Positions 1 to 9,033 of a stretch of 64,000 bases of DNA are shown piece by piece. This DNA is from an uncultured Acetatifactor sp. (lineage in GTDB: Bacteria > Bacillota > Clostridia > Lachnospirales > Lachnospiraceae). The DNA is taken from positions 24,706 to 88,705 of the forward strand of contig CANPWA010000009.1 in NCBI GenBank assembly GCA_947581865.1, given 5' to 3'. Made by a program: the position numbers and the translations under genes. The number at the start of each line of letters is the position of its first letter. Position 1 is the stretch's first letter. Below the pieces are notes generated by a model, which did not search any database, was not told the origin of the DNA, and saw only the letters and a program-made list of their open reading frames with translations.

Positions 1-73
1 TTTAAAAGAGCGTACCGCCGGTGTCCCTGGCATGGAGGACAGATCGATAAAGCAGACAAAAGGACAGAGCAAA

Positions 74-1228
74 ATGAAGGAACATGTTAAGAAGATAGCG
101 ATTTTGGGTTCTACGGGATCCATCGGTACACAGACGTTAGAGATCGTGCGGGCAAATCCGGATCTGCGTGTGCTCGCCCTGGCGGCAGGGGAAAATGTGG
201 AGCTGATGGAAAAACAGATCCGTGAATTTGGACCCGTCATAGCGGGAATGTGGAGCGCGGAAGCTGCCGGAAAACTGCGGAGCCGTGTGGCGGATCTGCC
301 GGTGAAAGTGGTTGCCGGCATGGAGGGGCTGCTGGAGATCGCCTCGCTTCCTGCAGCGGAGGTATTGGTGACCGCCATTGTGGGAATGATTGGAATCAGA
401 CCGACCATTGCCGCCATAAAGGCAGGGAAGGATATCGCCCTTGCCAACAAGGAGACATTGGTGTGCGCGGGGCATATCATCATCCCTCTTGCCAGGGAAT
501 GCGGAGTGTCCATTCTGCCGGTGGACAGTGAGCACAGCGCCATTTTCCAGTCTTTGAACGGAGAGCCGGAGAACAGGATCGAAAAGATCTTGCTGACTGC
601 TTCCGGCGGGCCCTTCCGGGGAAAGAAACGGGAAGAGCTTGCGGGGATGAGGGTGGAGGACGCATTGAAGCATCCCAACTGGTCCATGGGCAGGAAGATC
701 ACCATCGATTCTTCCACGCTGGTGAACAAGGGGCTGGAGGTTATGGAGGCAAAATGGCTGTTTGGCGTGGAGCTGGACAGAATCCAGGTCATCATCCATC
801 CCCAGAGTATCCTTCACTCCGCCGTTCAGTATGTGGACGGAGCCATTATGGCACAGCTTGGCATGCCGGATATGAAACTGCCCATCCAGTATGCGCTCTA
901 CTATCCTGACAGAAGACCTATGGAGGGCAGAAGGGTGGATTTTTTCGATCTGGCGCAGATGACCTTCGAGAAACCCGACACGGATAGTTTTGCGGGTCTG
1001 GAGCTCGCCTATCGCGCGGCCAGAGCGGGCGGCAGCATGCCGACGGTGTTCAATGCCGCCAATGAAAAAGCGGTGGAGCTGTTTCTTGACAGAAAGATAT
1101 CCTATCTGGAGATCACGGACCTGATCGGGCAGTGTATGGAAGCCCACCGGGTGATCCCCAATCCCAATGTGGATGAGATCCTCGCCGCAGAGCGGGAGGC
1201 TCATGAGTTTATTATGAGCAGAAAATAA
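74..1228 (+). CDS. dxr: 1-deoxy-D-xylulose-5-phosphate reductoisomerase
   Basis: ORF 32..1228. Has the N-terminal dinucleotide-binding motif ILGSTGSIGTQTL, then LANKETLV, DSEHSAIFQ and NKGLEVMEA blocks typical of Dxr. ATG 74 (MKEHVKK, ~384 aa) is preferred; ATG 32 is the alternative. Confidence 0.9.
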   Translation: MKEHVKKIAILGSTGSIGTQTLEIVRANPDLRVLALAAGENVELMEKQIREFGPVIAGMWSAEAAGKLRSRVADLPVKVVAGMEGLLEIASLPAAEVLVTAIVGMIGIRPTIAAIKAGKDIALANKETLVCAGHIIIPLARECGVSILPVDSEHSAIFQSLNGEPENRIEKILLTASGGPFRGKKREELAGMRVEDALKHPNWSMGRKITIDSSTLVNKGLEVMEAKWLFGVELDRIQVIIHPQSILHSAVQYVDGAIMAQLGMPDMKLPIQYALYYPDRRPMEGRRVDFFDLAQMTFEKPDTDSFAGLELAYRAARAGGSMPTVFNAANEKAVELFLDRKISYLEITDLIGQCMEAHRVIPNPNVDEILAAEREAHEFIMSRK

Positions 1229-1280
1229 TATGACTGAAAATAATATGGCATAAAATCATTGCGATAAAAAGGACTGACAT

Positions 1281-2339
1281 ATGACACTGAGAACGATCGT
1301 TATGTTTATCATTATATTTGGAATCGTGGTCATCTCCCATGAGCTGGGGCATTTTTTGCTGGCGAAGGCAGGGGGGATCCATGTAGTGGAGTTTTCCGTG
1401 GGCATGGGACCTACGATACTGGGATTCCAAAAAGGCAGCACCAAATATTCCTTAAAGCTTCTTCCCATCGGAGGGGCATGTCTGTTTGAGGGGGAGGACG
1501 GTCTGAACCAGGAAGGCGATGAGCCAAGCCCCGGTGCGTTTCCAAACGCCAACGTGTGGAAACGGATCTCCACGGTAGCGGCCGGACCGATCTTTAATTT
1601 TATTCTGGGATTCATCATTGCGCTCGCCATGGTGAACATGATCGTCATCCGTGACCCGGTCGCCACCCAGGTGCTCGAGGACGGCGCCGCCATGGAAGCG
1701 GGGATGCAGGACGGAGACAGGATCATTTCCTTAAACGGGGAACGGGTGTATCTCTATGAGGAGATCCTTCTGTTTAATGTTCTGTACCGCGGCGGTGAAG
1801 TGGAATTGGTGTATGAGCGGGACGGTCAGCGCTATACCACTGCCGTCACGCCGAAGTACAGCGAGGAATACGGCAGATATATGCTGGGATTTTCCAATGC
1901 GGATTATGTAGAGTTACAGGGGACGGATGCCCTGCGCTATGCTTGGTATGAGATGCGCTATAATGTGAAAAATACCTATAAAAGCCTGGGGATGCTGCTC
2001 TCCGGGCAGGTCAGCCGCAGGGATGTGGCGGGACCGGTGGGGATTGCCAATATGGTTGGGCAGACCTATGAGCAGGCGAGACAGTACGGCTGGAAAGATG
2101 TGCTGGTCAACATGATGAACATCACACTGATGCTGACGGTGAACCTGGGGATCATCAATCTGCTTCCCATACCCGCGTTAGACGGGGGCAGACTGGTGTT
2201 TCTTCTGCTGGAGGTCATCCGGGGCAAGCCGATACCTCCTCAGAAAGAAGGCATGGTTCATTTTATCGGGCTGATGTTCTTCATGATCCTGATGGTGCTC
2301 ATCTTTTTTAACGACCTTGCCAATTTATTCCATATCTGA
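1281..2339 (+). CDS. rseP: RIP site-2 zinc metalloprotease (RseP/RasP family)
   Basis: HELGH zinc motif in the first TM helix, a central PDZ-like segment and a C-terminal NLLPIPALDGG motif. Sits in the conserved position right after dxr. Confidence 0.9.
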   Translation: MTLRTIVMFIIIFGIVVISHELGHFLLAKAGGIHVVEFSVGMGPTILGFQKGSTKYSLKLLPIGGACLFEGEDGLNQEGDEPSPGAFPNANVWKRISTVAAGPIFNFILGFIIALAMVNMIVIRDPVATQVLEDGAAMEAGMQDGDRIISLNGERVYLYEEILLFNVLYRGGEVELVYERDGQRYTTAVTPKYSEEYGRYMLGFSNADYVELQGTDALRYAWYEMRYNVKNTYKSLGMLLSGQVSRRDVAGPVGIANMVGQTYEQARQYGWKDVLVNMMNITLMLTVNLGIINLLPIPALDGGRLVFLLLEVIRGKPIPPQKEGMVHFIGLMFFMILMVLIFFNDLANLFHI

Positions 2340-2422
2340 CAGGGAAAATACAAAAGGACGGAATCAAAAACGAAGGATACGGTATCGCGGGGAAGTTCCC
2401 GCGGTATGCGGGAGGAATCACT

Positions 2423-3763
2423 ATGGAGATTCTGACGGGGAGTTACTGCGAGGAAGGACAGGCAGTGGCGCTGCTTCTGCGCAAGACAATCCGCAGGAGA
2501 GGAAAAATCCCCATCGTTTTTCTGTGTGTGCTGAAGGGGGATTTTTCCCGGCAGGCACAGGAGAAGATGGATCAATGGTTTCAGGAAAGGGCGTTGACCC
2601 TGTGTGAGAGGGGCGATCCCGGGAAGGCTGTGGATGCGGTGGAGAAGGATTTCACCGCATGGCGGGCGGGATTTGCCCAGGATATGACCGTGTTGTTTTG
2701 TATGGGCGGAGAATGCTTTTATGTATGGCAGGGTGAAATGGGGATCGTTGCCATCAATCATTTCTTTTCCAAGGCGCATGTAAAACGCCTTACCTCTCCC
2801 GGGGACGGGGGAGGCTGCGAGAGGGCAGCCCTGGAACAGGGAGTGGGGATGGTGCTGGGAGACAGGGAGTTCTTTGCCCATCTGACGGAGGAACAGCTGA
2901 AGGAATGCTTAAGAGCCGGAGAGATCAGTTCCCAGGAGCAGGCAAAGCGCCGGCTGGAGGAGGCTGCCCGCGAAGCAAAAAGGAGGGGCGCCGTGGCGCC
3001 TCTGGCAGCGATGCTGCTTTTGAAAGAGGATGTACTGCCGGAGTTTGAAAGCCTTCTGCGCCGGAACGGATATGAGGATCCCCGGCCTGTGGGGCGGGGA
3101 GCCTTTGGGAGCGTCTACCGGGTGAAGAATGCGAAAGACGGGAAATGGTACGCCTGCAAGGTGGCAGAGGGGATGTATTCCCGCGATCTTCTGCGCAGGG
3201 AAAGCCTTTTGCAGCAGAAGCTGGAGCACCCCCTGTTTGCCGCATACAGAGATTCGATGGAGGGAGAGTTCTGTACCCTCCTGGTGATGGAATATGTGAG
3301 GGGACGGGATCTGAGCGCCATACTCGCCCGCAGGCACCTGTCCGGGCGGCAGGCCGTGAAGATCGCTATCCAGCTTGCGGAGGGGCTTCAATATCTTCAC
3401 ACACTTCCCGATCCGGTGCTCTACCGGGATCTGAAACCCGAAAATATCCGCATTACCATAGGCGGCAGGGCAAAGCTTTTGGATCTGGGCTGTGCCTGTC
3501 AGGCTTCTGAGGCAGAGTATGCGCTGGCGGGCAGCAGGGGATATGCCGCCCCGGAGCAGATGGGACAGACGGGTGCTTCCCCCGGATTTTACAGTGATAT
3601 TTATTCCCTGGGAAGGGTGATCGCCCGGATGACGCAGGGGGAGGAGCTGTCGGACGGGCTGGGCAGGCTGGTGGCGATGTGCGTATCGGACAAGCCCCTG
3701 GAGCGGTTTCAGAGTCTGGAACCCGTGATAAAAATTTTGAAAAACCTGGAGTCGGGGGGTTAA
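2423..3763 (+). CDS. cytoplasmic Hanks-type Ser/Thr protein kinase with a ~200-aa N-terminal PP2C-like (apparently degenerate) domain
   Basis: The C-terminal half has the GRGAFGSV glycine loop, YACKV lysine, YRDLKPENI catalytic loop, DLG and YAAPE. No TM segment or PASTA repeats. The N-terminal half is discussed in findings. Confidence 0.75.
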   Translation: MEILTGSYCEEGQAVALLLRKTIRRRGKIPIVFLCVLKGDFSRQAQEKMDQWFQERALTLCERGDPGKAVDAVEKDFTAWRAGFAQDMTVLFCMGGECFYVWQGEMGIVAINHFFSKAHVKRLTSPGDGGGCERAALEQGVGMVLGDREFFAHLTEEQLKECLRAGEISSQEQAKRRLEEAAREAKRRGAVAPLAAMLLLKEDVLPEFESLLRRNGYEDPRPVGRGAFGSVYRVKNAKDGKWYACKVAEGMYSRDLLRRESLLQQKLEHPLFAAYRDSMEGEFCTLLVMEYVRGRDLSAILARRHLSGRQAVKIAIQLAEGLQYLHTLPDPVLYRDLKPENIRITIGGRAKLLDLGCACQASEAEYALAGSRGYAAPEQMGQTGASPGFYSDIYSLGRVIARMTQGEELSDGLGRLVAMCVSDKPLERFQSLEPVIKILKNLESGG

Positions 3764-3815
3764 AAATTTACATATGTAATCCGATAAAATATATGACGCA
3801 GAGTAGGAGGTATGT

Positions 3816-4205
3816 ATGGGAGAGAGTACACCCAGCGAAAACGAATGGCTGATCATGGAAGTGCTTTGGGATGCGGGGAGGAGTATGACGGCTTCGGAGA
3901 TTGTGCAGGCGCTTGAGGGAAGCGTGAGCATCAGCGCCAAGACCATCCGTGTCATGATCAACCGTCTTCTGTCCAAGGGAATGCTCAGCTATCGGGTAGA
4001 TGAGCATGATGCGAGAGTTTACCACTATGAGGCGGCACGGGGCAGGGAGGAATGCCTTGCTGTCAAGAGTGACCGTTTTGTGAAGCATTTCTTTGGAGGG
4101 AATACCTCTCTGGCGATCGCCAGTTTTCTTCGCGCTCCCGATATATCGAAAGAACAGTTGGAAGAATTGCGCAGGCTGGTGGAACAGATGGCGAGGGAGG
4201 GCTGA
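3816..4205 (+). CDS. BlaI/MecI/CopY-family winged-helix transcriptional repressor
   Basis: 129 aa with an N-terminal EWLIMEVLW...MTASEIVQAL wHTH pattern typical of the penicillinase-repressor family. Directly followed by an M56 sensor-protease gene. Confidence 0.8.
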   Translation: MGESTPSENEWLIMEVLWDAGRSMTASEIVQALEGSVSISAKTIRVMINRLLSKGMLSYRVDEHDARVYHYEAARGREECLAVKSDRFVKHFFGGNTSLAIASFLRAPDISKEQLEELRRLVEQMAREG

Positions 4206-4221
4206 GAGGAAGGTGCAGGTC

Positions 4222-5526
4222 ATGCAGGCGTATTTGGGATTATGGGACTTTGCCGCCGGCTACGGAATGATAAAATGTCTCAACACAATGCTGGCAGGCA
4301 CTGTGGGCATGTGTCTTTTGCTTGGGATCAGACATTTCAGAAAAAACGACGGCAGGGCTTTGGATCTGCTCCTGTTGATTCTGCCTGTGGCGTTTTCTGC
4401 CAAAAACAGGTTGTTTTACCAGGGATGGATGCTGTGGGTCGCTTCCGAGATGTATCGGTATGTCCTTCCCATATATGGAAAGCTTTACTTTGCCGTCTGT
4501 GTTGTATTACTGTTTCGCATGCTCCTTCGGCAGAAAAGGGCGGGAAGATATGTGCGTGAACTTCCCTGCTGGGAGGAAGCCGGGGAGCGCCGGGCGGTCA
4601 TTGAGGCGATCACAGGAAGGGATCTTATGCCCTTTGGCCGCCGGTATTTACAGCGGGTGAAAATTTATGTCACAGAGAGGGAAGTGAGCCCCTTTTCGGG
4701 CGGGATCCTGCATCCGTATGTGGTGATGCCCCGATCGATGCTGCGGGAATGGACCGTGCAGCAGCGGGGGCTGGTTTTGAGTCATGAGTTTCTGCATATC
4801 CGGCAGGGGCATATCCTGTGGCTGACAATGTTTGAACTTCTCAAGATTTATTGGTGGATCAATCCTCTTGTCTATCTCTATGTCAGGAAACTAAGATCTG
4901 ACATGGAAATGTCCTGCGACGAGCGCTGTGTGGTATATGCCGGCACAACGCCTGCCCGTTACGGAAGCGTGATGCTGCGGGCGCTGGAGATGCTGCAGGA
5001 GGGAAATTGCAGGAAGGGAGCAGAGGGAGTGACCTCCTTTGTCAGGCGGGACGATTACGGCGATATGAGGAGACGCCTGGAGGGGCTTGCAAAGCTGAAG
5101 CCGGATAAAGAAAGCAGGAAAGGTTACAGAAGCCGGGCGGTCCGCTTTGGGCTGTGTTTTCTGCTCCTGTGTGTTCTGCAGGGAGCGTCCTCTTATCCCC
5201 TGTACACCCGGATGAAGGAGCTTGTGCTGTACGATGAGGAACTGAACCTGCTCGACTATGATTCGGAAGAGCTCAGGAACGCGGCATGCGTCCGGGACGG
5301 CAGACTGTATCTGGACGGGGAGCGGTTTGCAGAGCTGATTGCCGGGAGGGGGATTGAGGGAGACTATGTCTATCTTTCCTTCGACACGATCATGAAGGTG
5401 CCCGGCTGCGGAGGCGGCGGTAATGTGGGGATGATCTCCCTGACGGATTATGATGATATTTTCTATCTGGCAAAAGAGTGCCCGGAAAATCATATCATGG
5501 TGTTTCTCTTAAAATATTTTATTTAA
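4222..5526 (+). CDS. BlaR1/MecR1-like M56-family membrane metalloprotease (signal transducer)
   Basis: N-terminal TM helices and a HEFLH zinc motif (SHEFLHIRQGH). The track start 4093 overlaps the repressor gene, so ATG 4222 was chosen (GTG 4213 is possible). I see no SxxK penicillin-binding motif in the C-terminal domain. Confidence 0.75.
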   Translation: MQAYLGLWDFAAGYGMIKCLNTMLAGTVGMCLLLGIRHFRKNDGRALDLLLLILPVAFSAKNRLFYQGWMLWVASEMYRYVLPIYGKLYFAVCVVLLFRMLLRQKRAGRYVRELPCWEEAGERRAVIEAITGRDLMPFGRRYLQRVKIYVTEREVSPFSGGILHPYVVMPRSMLREWTVQQRGLVLSHEFLHIRQGHILWLTMFELLKIYWWINPLVYLYVRKLRSDMEMSCDERCVVYAGTTPARYGSVMLRALEMLQEGNCRKGAEGVTSFVRRDDYGDMRRRLEGLAKLKPDKESRKGYRSRAVRFGLCFLLLCVLQGASSYPLYTRMKELVLYDEELNLLDYDSEELRNAACVRDGRLYLDGERFAELIAGRGIEGDYVYLSFDTIMKVPGCGGGGNVGMISLTDYDDIFYLAKECPENHIMVFLLKYFI

Positions 5527-5633
5527 CGACGCTTAAATTACTTTTATCGCCGGCAATTGTTTTCATGATCGTTTTGCGCAGACAGGGAAGTCGAAAGGTG
5601 TAAAACTTTTCCCAAAGGATTGGGGGTATCAGG

Positions 5634-6482
5634 ATGAGAGTGCAGGATGGGCAGGTAAAATGGTATTTTACGGACCGACAGAAAAATTCGATGGGGACCG
5701 TCAGGCAAAGGAAGACTTCTTCCGGACGTTCAGGGAAAAAGAAGAAACTATCCTATCAATTTAAGGAAATTTCCACTGCCATCATGCAGACGAAGAATTC
5801 CGAAAGCGCCGGAAGAGTGCTGCTCAGGGCGCGCAGCCGCGCGGCGCTCCTGCGGCAGAAGATGTATTCCGGGGAGTACGATGAGCGGGAGTTAAAGGCG
5901 GCTATCCTTCACGCCGATGCGATGGTGCGTATCGCCAGAAAACGCATGAGGCATTTGAGCGAAGAGGAACAGGCCGGGCGTGAAGAAGAACATGGCAAGG
6001 CGACGGATGACGGGCGCGGGGAAAGGTCAGATCTGACTGCGGTCATTGAACAGGAGCAGGAGGCGCAGGGGGAGACCCGGGAGCTGACCGAAGAGCTGTC
6101 TGAGGAACTGTCCGAAGAATTGACCGAAGAACTGCAGGAGATGATGGAGGAAGTTATGGCTTCCATGATGGAGGAAGCTTTACAGGATACTGTCAATGCT
6201 GTGGTCGAAATGGAGCCGGCAGACCTGGAGACATTGAAAAGGAAGCACCGTTCCAAGGAACTGCGGGAGCTCATGGAAGCCGATATGAAATACCTCAAGG
6301 CTTTGTTTGACAGGCTGGAGCAGGAAAAGCGCGATGGCCCGGGCAGTCTGTCGGGCACTGCGGCGGGGCAGGAGGCGGATCCCAATGCCGTGTCATTGGA
6401 ACTGGGCGGTGCCCGGGTGCCGTTGGAAACTATCATGCCTGTAGATACCGCGGCGGGGCAAAGTGTGGACATTTCGATTTAA
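5634..6482 (+). CDS. hypothetical Glu-rich, probably coiled-coil protein
   Basis: 282-aa ORF with a basic N-terminus (RQRKTSSGRSGKKKK) and an acidic core containing ELTEELSEELSEELTEEL. No recognisable catalytic motif. Coding is supported only by length, strand context and a purine-rich stretch before the ATG. Confidence 0.5.
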   Translation: MRVQDGQVKWYFTDRQKNSMGTVRQRKTSSGRSGKKKKLSYQFKEISTAIMQTKNSESAGRVLLRARSRAALLRQKMYSGEYDERELKAAILHADAMVRIARKRMRHLSEEEQAGREEEHGKATDDGRGERSDLTAVIEQEQEAQGETRELTEELSEELSEELTEELQEMMEEVMASMMEEALQDTVNAVVEMEPADLETLKRKHRSKELRELMEADMKYLKALFDRLEQEKRDGPGSLSGTAAGQEADPNAVSLELGGARVPLETIMPVDTAAGQSVDISI

Positions 6483-6559
6483 GGAAAGCTATCGGCCGGC
6501 GGAGGCGTGTCTTTTCGGAATCCGGAAAGGGCAGATTTGGCAGGGGCGATAAATATTTG

Positions 6560-6588
6560 TTGACAATCCGTGTATTTGGGTCTATACT
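6560..6588 (+). promoter_or_regulatory. sigma-A-type promoter upstream of rimP-nusA operon
   Basis: TTGACA (6560-6565), a 17-nt spacer, then TATACT (6583-6588), about 100 nt upstream of rimP. Confidence 0.5.
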
Positions 6589-6686
6589 TTTTATAGCATA
6601 AGGATGGAACATGAAAGAGTGGACGTGCGCCACTCTTTCTTATTTGTAAAACAGGAAGTGACTGTCATTTCAAAGGGGGGATAGAG

Positions 6687-7151
6687 ATGTCGAAGAGAGA
6701 AAGCTATGAGAAACGCACGGAAGAACTGCTCCTTCCTATAGCGGAACAAAACGGCGTGGAAATTTATGACGTGGAGTATGTGAAGGAGGGGAGCGATCAT
6801 TACCTCAGGGCATATATCGACAAGCCGGAGGGAGTAAGTATCCTCGACTGCGAGCATGTGAGCAGGGCATTGTCCGATGCGCTGGACAGAGAGGATTTCA
6901 TACCGGATGCCTATATTCTGGAAGTGTCCAGCCCGGGACTGGGAAGAACATTAAAGAAGGATAAGCATCTGCAAAAGAGCATCGGGCAGGAAGTGGAGAT
7001 CAGGCTCTTTAAAGCGGTTGACAAATGCAGGGAATTCTCGGGGACGCTGGTGGGATTCAGCGGGGAGACCGTAACCATCGCACAGGAAGGCACTGAGCGG
7101 GTGTTTGACCGCGCTGAGATCGCACGGATTCGTCTGGCACTGGATTTTTAG
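6687..7151 (+). CDS. rimP: ribosome maturation factor RimP
   Basis: 154 aa with an LEVSSPGLGRTLK block and a C-terminal Sm-like part. Sits in the conserved position immediately upstream of nusA. Confidence 0.9.
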   Translation: MSKRESYEKRTEELLLPIAEQNGVEIYDVEYVKEGSDHYLRAYIDKPEGVSILDCEHVSRALSDALDREDFIPDAYILEVSSPGLGRTLKKDKHLQKSIGQEVEIRLFKAVDKCREFSGTLVGFSGETVTIAQEGTERVFDRAEIARIRLALDF

Positions 7152-7222
7152 TCCGGAGAGGATGCTGATGGAGATAGACAGACAGGAAAAGAGTGAGGCG
7201 AAAGCCGGAAACGGAGGAAATG

Positions 7223-8392
7223 ATGAACAAGGAATTGATGGAGGCACTGGACATTCTCGAGAAGGAGAAGGAGATCAGCAAGGAGACGCTTTTTGAGGCG
7301 ATCGAGAACTCTTTGCTCACCGCCTGCAAGAACCATTTTGGGAAAGCTGACAATGTGAAAGTGGAGATTGACCGTGAGACCTGTGATTTTCTGGTATATG
7401 CCCAGAAAGAGGTCGTTGAGAATGCCGAGGCTGTGGAAGACAACTGCCTGCAGATCTCACTGGAGGATGCGCAGGCTCTGTCCAAAAAGGCAAAGGTCGG
7501 GGATATCCTGAATGTGGAGATCAAATCCAAGGAGTTCGGGCGTATCGCCACACAGAATGCCAAGAATGTGATCCTGCAGAAGATCCGCGAGGAGGAGAGA
7601 AGCGTAATCTACAATCAGTATTTTGAGAAGGAGAAGGATGTGGTCACCGGCGTAGTACAGAGAAACGTGGGCAGAAACATCAGCATCAATCTCGGAAAGG
7701 CGGATGCCCTTCTCACAGAGAGCGAACAGGTAAAAGGAGAGGTGTTCAAACCTACCGAACGCATTAAGGTATATATCCTGGAGGTGAAAAATACCTCCAA
7801 GGGTCCCCGTATCAATGTCAGCCGCACACATCCGGAGCTGGTGAAGAGACTTTTTGAGTCGGAGGTTACCGAAATTAAGGACGGCGTTGTGGAGATCATG
7901 AGTATTGCCAGAGAGGCGGGCAGCCGGACCAAGATCGCCGTCTGGAGCAATAACCCCAATGTGGATGCAGTGGGGGCCTGTGTGGGCATGAACGGCGCGA
8001 GGGTAAACGCCATCGTGGAGGAGCTGAGGGGCGAGAAGATCGATATCGTTCCCTGGGATGAGAATCCCGGCAATTTCATTCAGAATGCCCTGTCTCCCGC
8101 GAAGGTCGTGGCAGTGTTCGCGGATCCCGATGAGAAGACGGCAAAGGTGGTCGTTCCCGACTACCAGCTCTCCCTTGCCATCGGCAAAGAGGGACAGAAT
8201 GCCAGACTTGCCGCGAGACTGACGGGATATAAGATCGACATTAAGTCGGAGACCCAGGCCAAGGATGCACCCGGTTTCCGCTATGAGGATTACATGGATG
8301 ACGAGTACGATGAGGAATACGACGAAGAGTATGACGAATATGCCGAGGGAGAATATGAGGAAGACGGCTATCCGGAGAACACGGAGGAATAG
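7223..8392 (+). CDS. nusA: transcription termination/antitermination factor NusA
   Basis: Has an N-terminal domain, S1 and two KH domains (GACVGMNGARV, LAIGKEGQNARLA) plus an acidic DEEY-rich tail. GGAGG at 7213-7217 favours ATG 7223 over 7220 or the track start 7193. Confidence 0.95.
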   Translation: MNKELMEALDILEKEKEISKETLFEAIENSLLTACKNHFGKADNVKVEIDRETCDFLVYAQKEVVENAEAVEDNCLQISLEDAQALSKKAKVGDILNVEIKSKEFGRIATQNAKNVILQKIREEERSVIYNQYFEKEKDVVTGVVQRNVGRNISINLGKADALLTESEQVKGEVFKPTERIKVYILEVKNTSKGPRINVSRTHPELVKRLFESEVTEIKDGVVEIMSIAREAGSRTKIAVWSNNPNVDAVGACVGMNGARVNAIVEELRGEKIDIVPWDENPGNFIQNALSPAKVVAVFADPDEKTAKVVVPDYQLSLAIGKEGQNARLAARLTGYKIDIKSETQAKDAPGFRYEDYMDDEYDEEYDEEYDEYAEGEYEEDGYPENTEE

Positions 8393-8399
8393 TTGATCC

Positions 8400-8675
8400 A
8401 TGGCAAAAAAAATCCCTATGAGACAGTGTGTGGGCTGCGGCGAGATGAAGAGCAAAAGGGAAATGATGAGAGTGCTGAGATCCGCCGAAGACGACAGCAT
8501 CTGTCTGGACATGACAGGCAAGAAGAACGGGAGAGGCGCATATCTTTGTAAGAGCAGAGATTGTCTTGCAAAAGCCAGAAAGAATAAAGGGCTGGAGCGC
8601 TCTTTCAAAGCAAGTATTCCCAGTGAAGTGTATGACACTCTGGAAAAGGAGTTTGATGAGTTTGAAGCAGAATAA
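8400..8675 (+). CDS. ylxR: YlxR/RnpM-family RNA-binding protein (DUF448)
   Basis: 91 aa with an RQCVGCGEMKSKREMMRV motif and GRGAYLC. Conserved nusA-ylxR-ylxQ-infB order. Confidence 0.85.
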   Translation: MAKKIPMRQCVGCGEMKSKREMMRVLRSAEDDSICLDMTGKKNGRGAYLCKSRDCLAKARKNKGLERSFKASIPSEVYDTLEKEFDEFEAE

Positions 8676-9033
8676 GGTTTTGTCGCTGCTCGGTCTTGCG
8701 ATGAGAGGCCGTAATCTTGTGAGCGGTGAATTCCAGACGCTGGAGGCGGTGAAAAAAGGCACGGCGCATCTGGTGCTCCTTGCGGAGGACGCCTCGGAGA
8801 ACACCCAAAAAAAGTTTACGGATAAGTGCAGTTATTACGGTGTCCCGGTCTGTCTGTACAGTACCAGGGACGAACTGGGCAGAGCGATCGGAAAAGATAT
8901 GCGCTCTTCATTGGGAGTGTGCGATGCGGGGCTGGCAGAGGCGATCGTCAGACAGATGGATATGGAAAAATTGACGAAGCTTGAGACTTCATCAGGAAAT
9001 GGAGGAAAGCATGGCGAAAATAAAGGTACATGA
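8656..9033 (+). CDS. ylxQ: L7Ae/L30e-family RNA-binding protein YlxQ
   Basis: Internal ATG 8656 of ORF 8566..9033. The [40 protein letters not shown] pattern fits the L7Ae family. Overlaps the ylxR stop and the infB start. Confidence 0.75.
   Translation: MSLKQNKVLSLLGLAMRGRNLVSGEFQTLEAVKKGTAHLVLLAEDASENTQKKFTDKCSYYGVPVCLYSTRDELGRAIGKDMRSSLGVCDAGLAEAIVRQMDMEKLTKLETSSGNGGKHGENKGT

Noticed and set aside
4093-4221. N-terminal extension of the BlaR1-like ORF overlapping the repressor gene
   Set aside because: The extension reads through the 3' end of the BlaI-like gene in another frame. ATG 4222 gives a normal TM-first M56 protein, so the extension is unlikely to be translated.
8290-8392. DEEYDEEYDEEYDEY acidic repeat at the NusA C-terminus as a possible frameshifted or foreign segment
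   Set aside because: It is in frame and ends at a normal stop 5 nt before ylxR. Acidic tails occur on NusA in some lineages, so I treat it as part of nusA.
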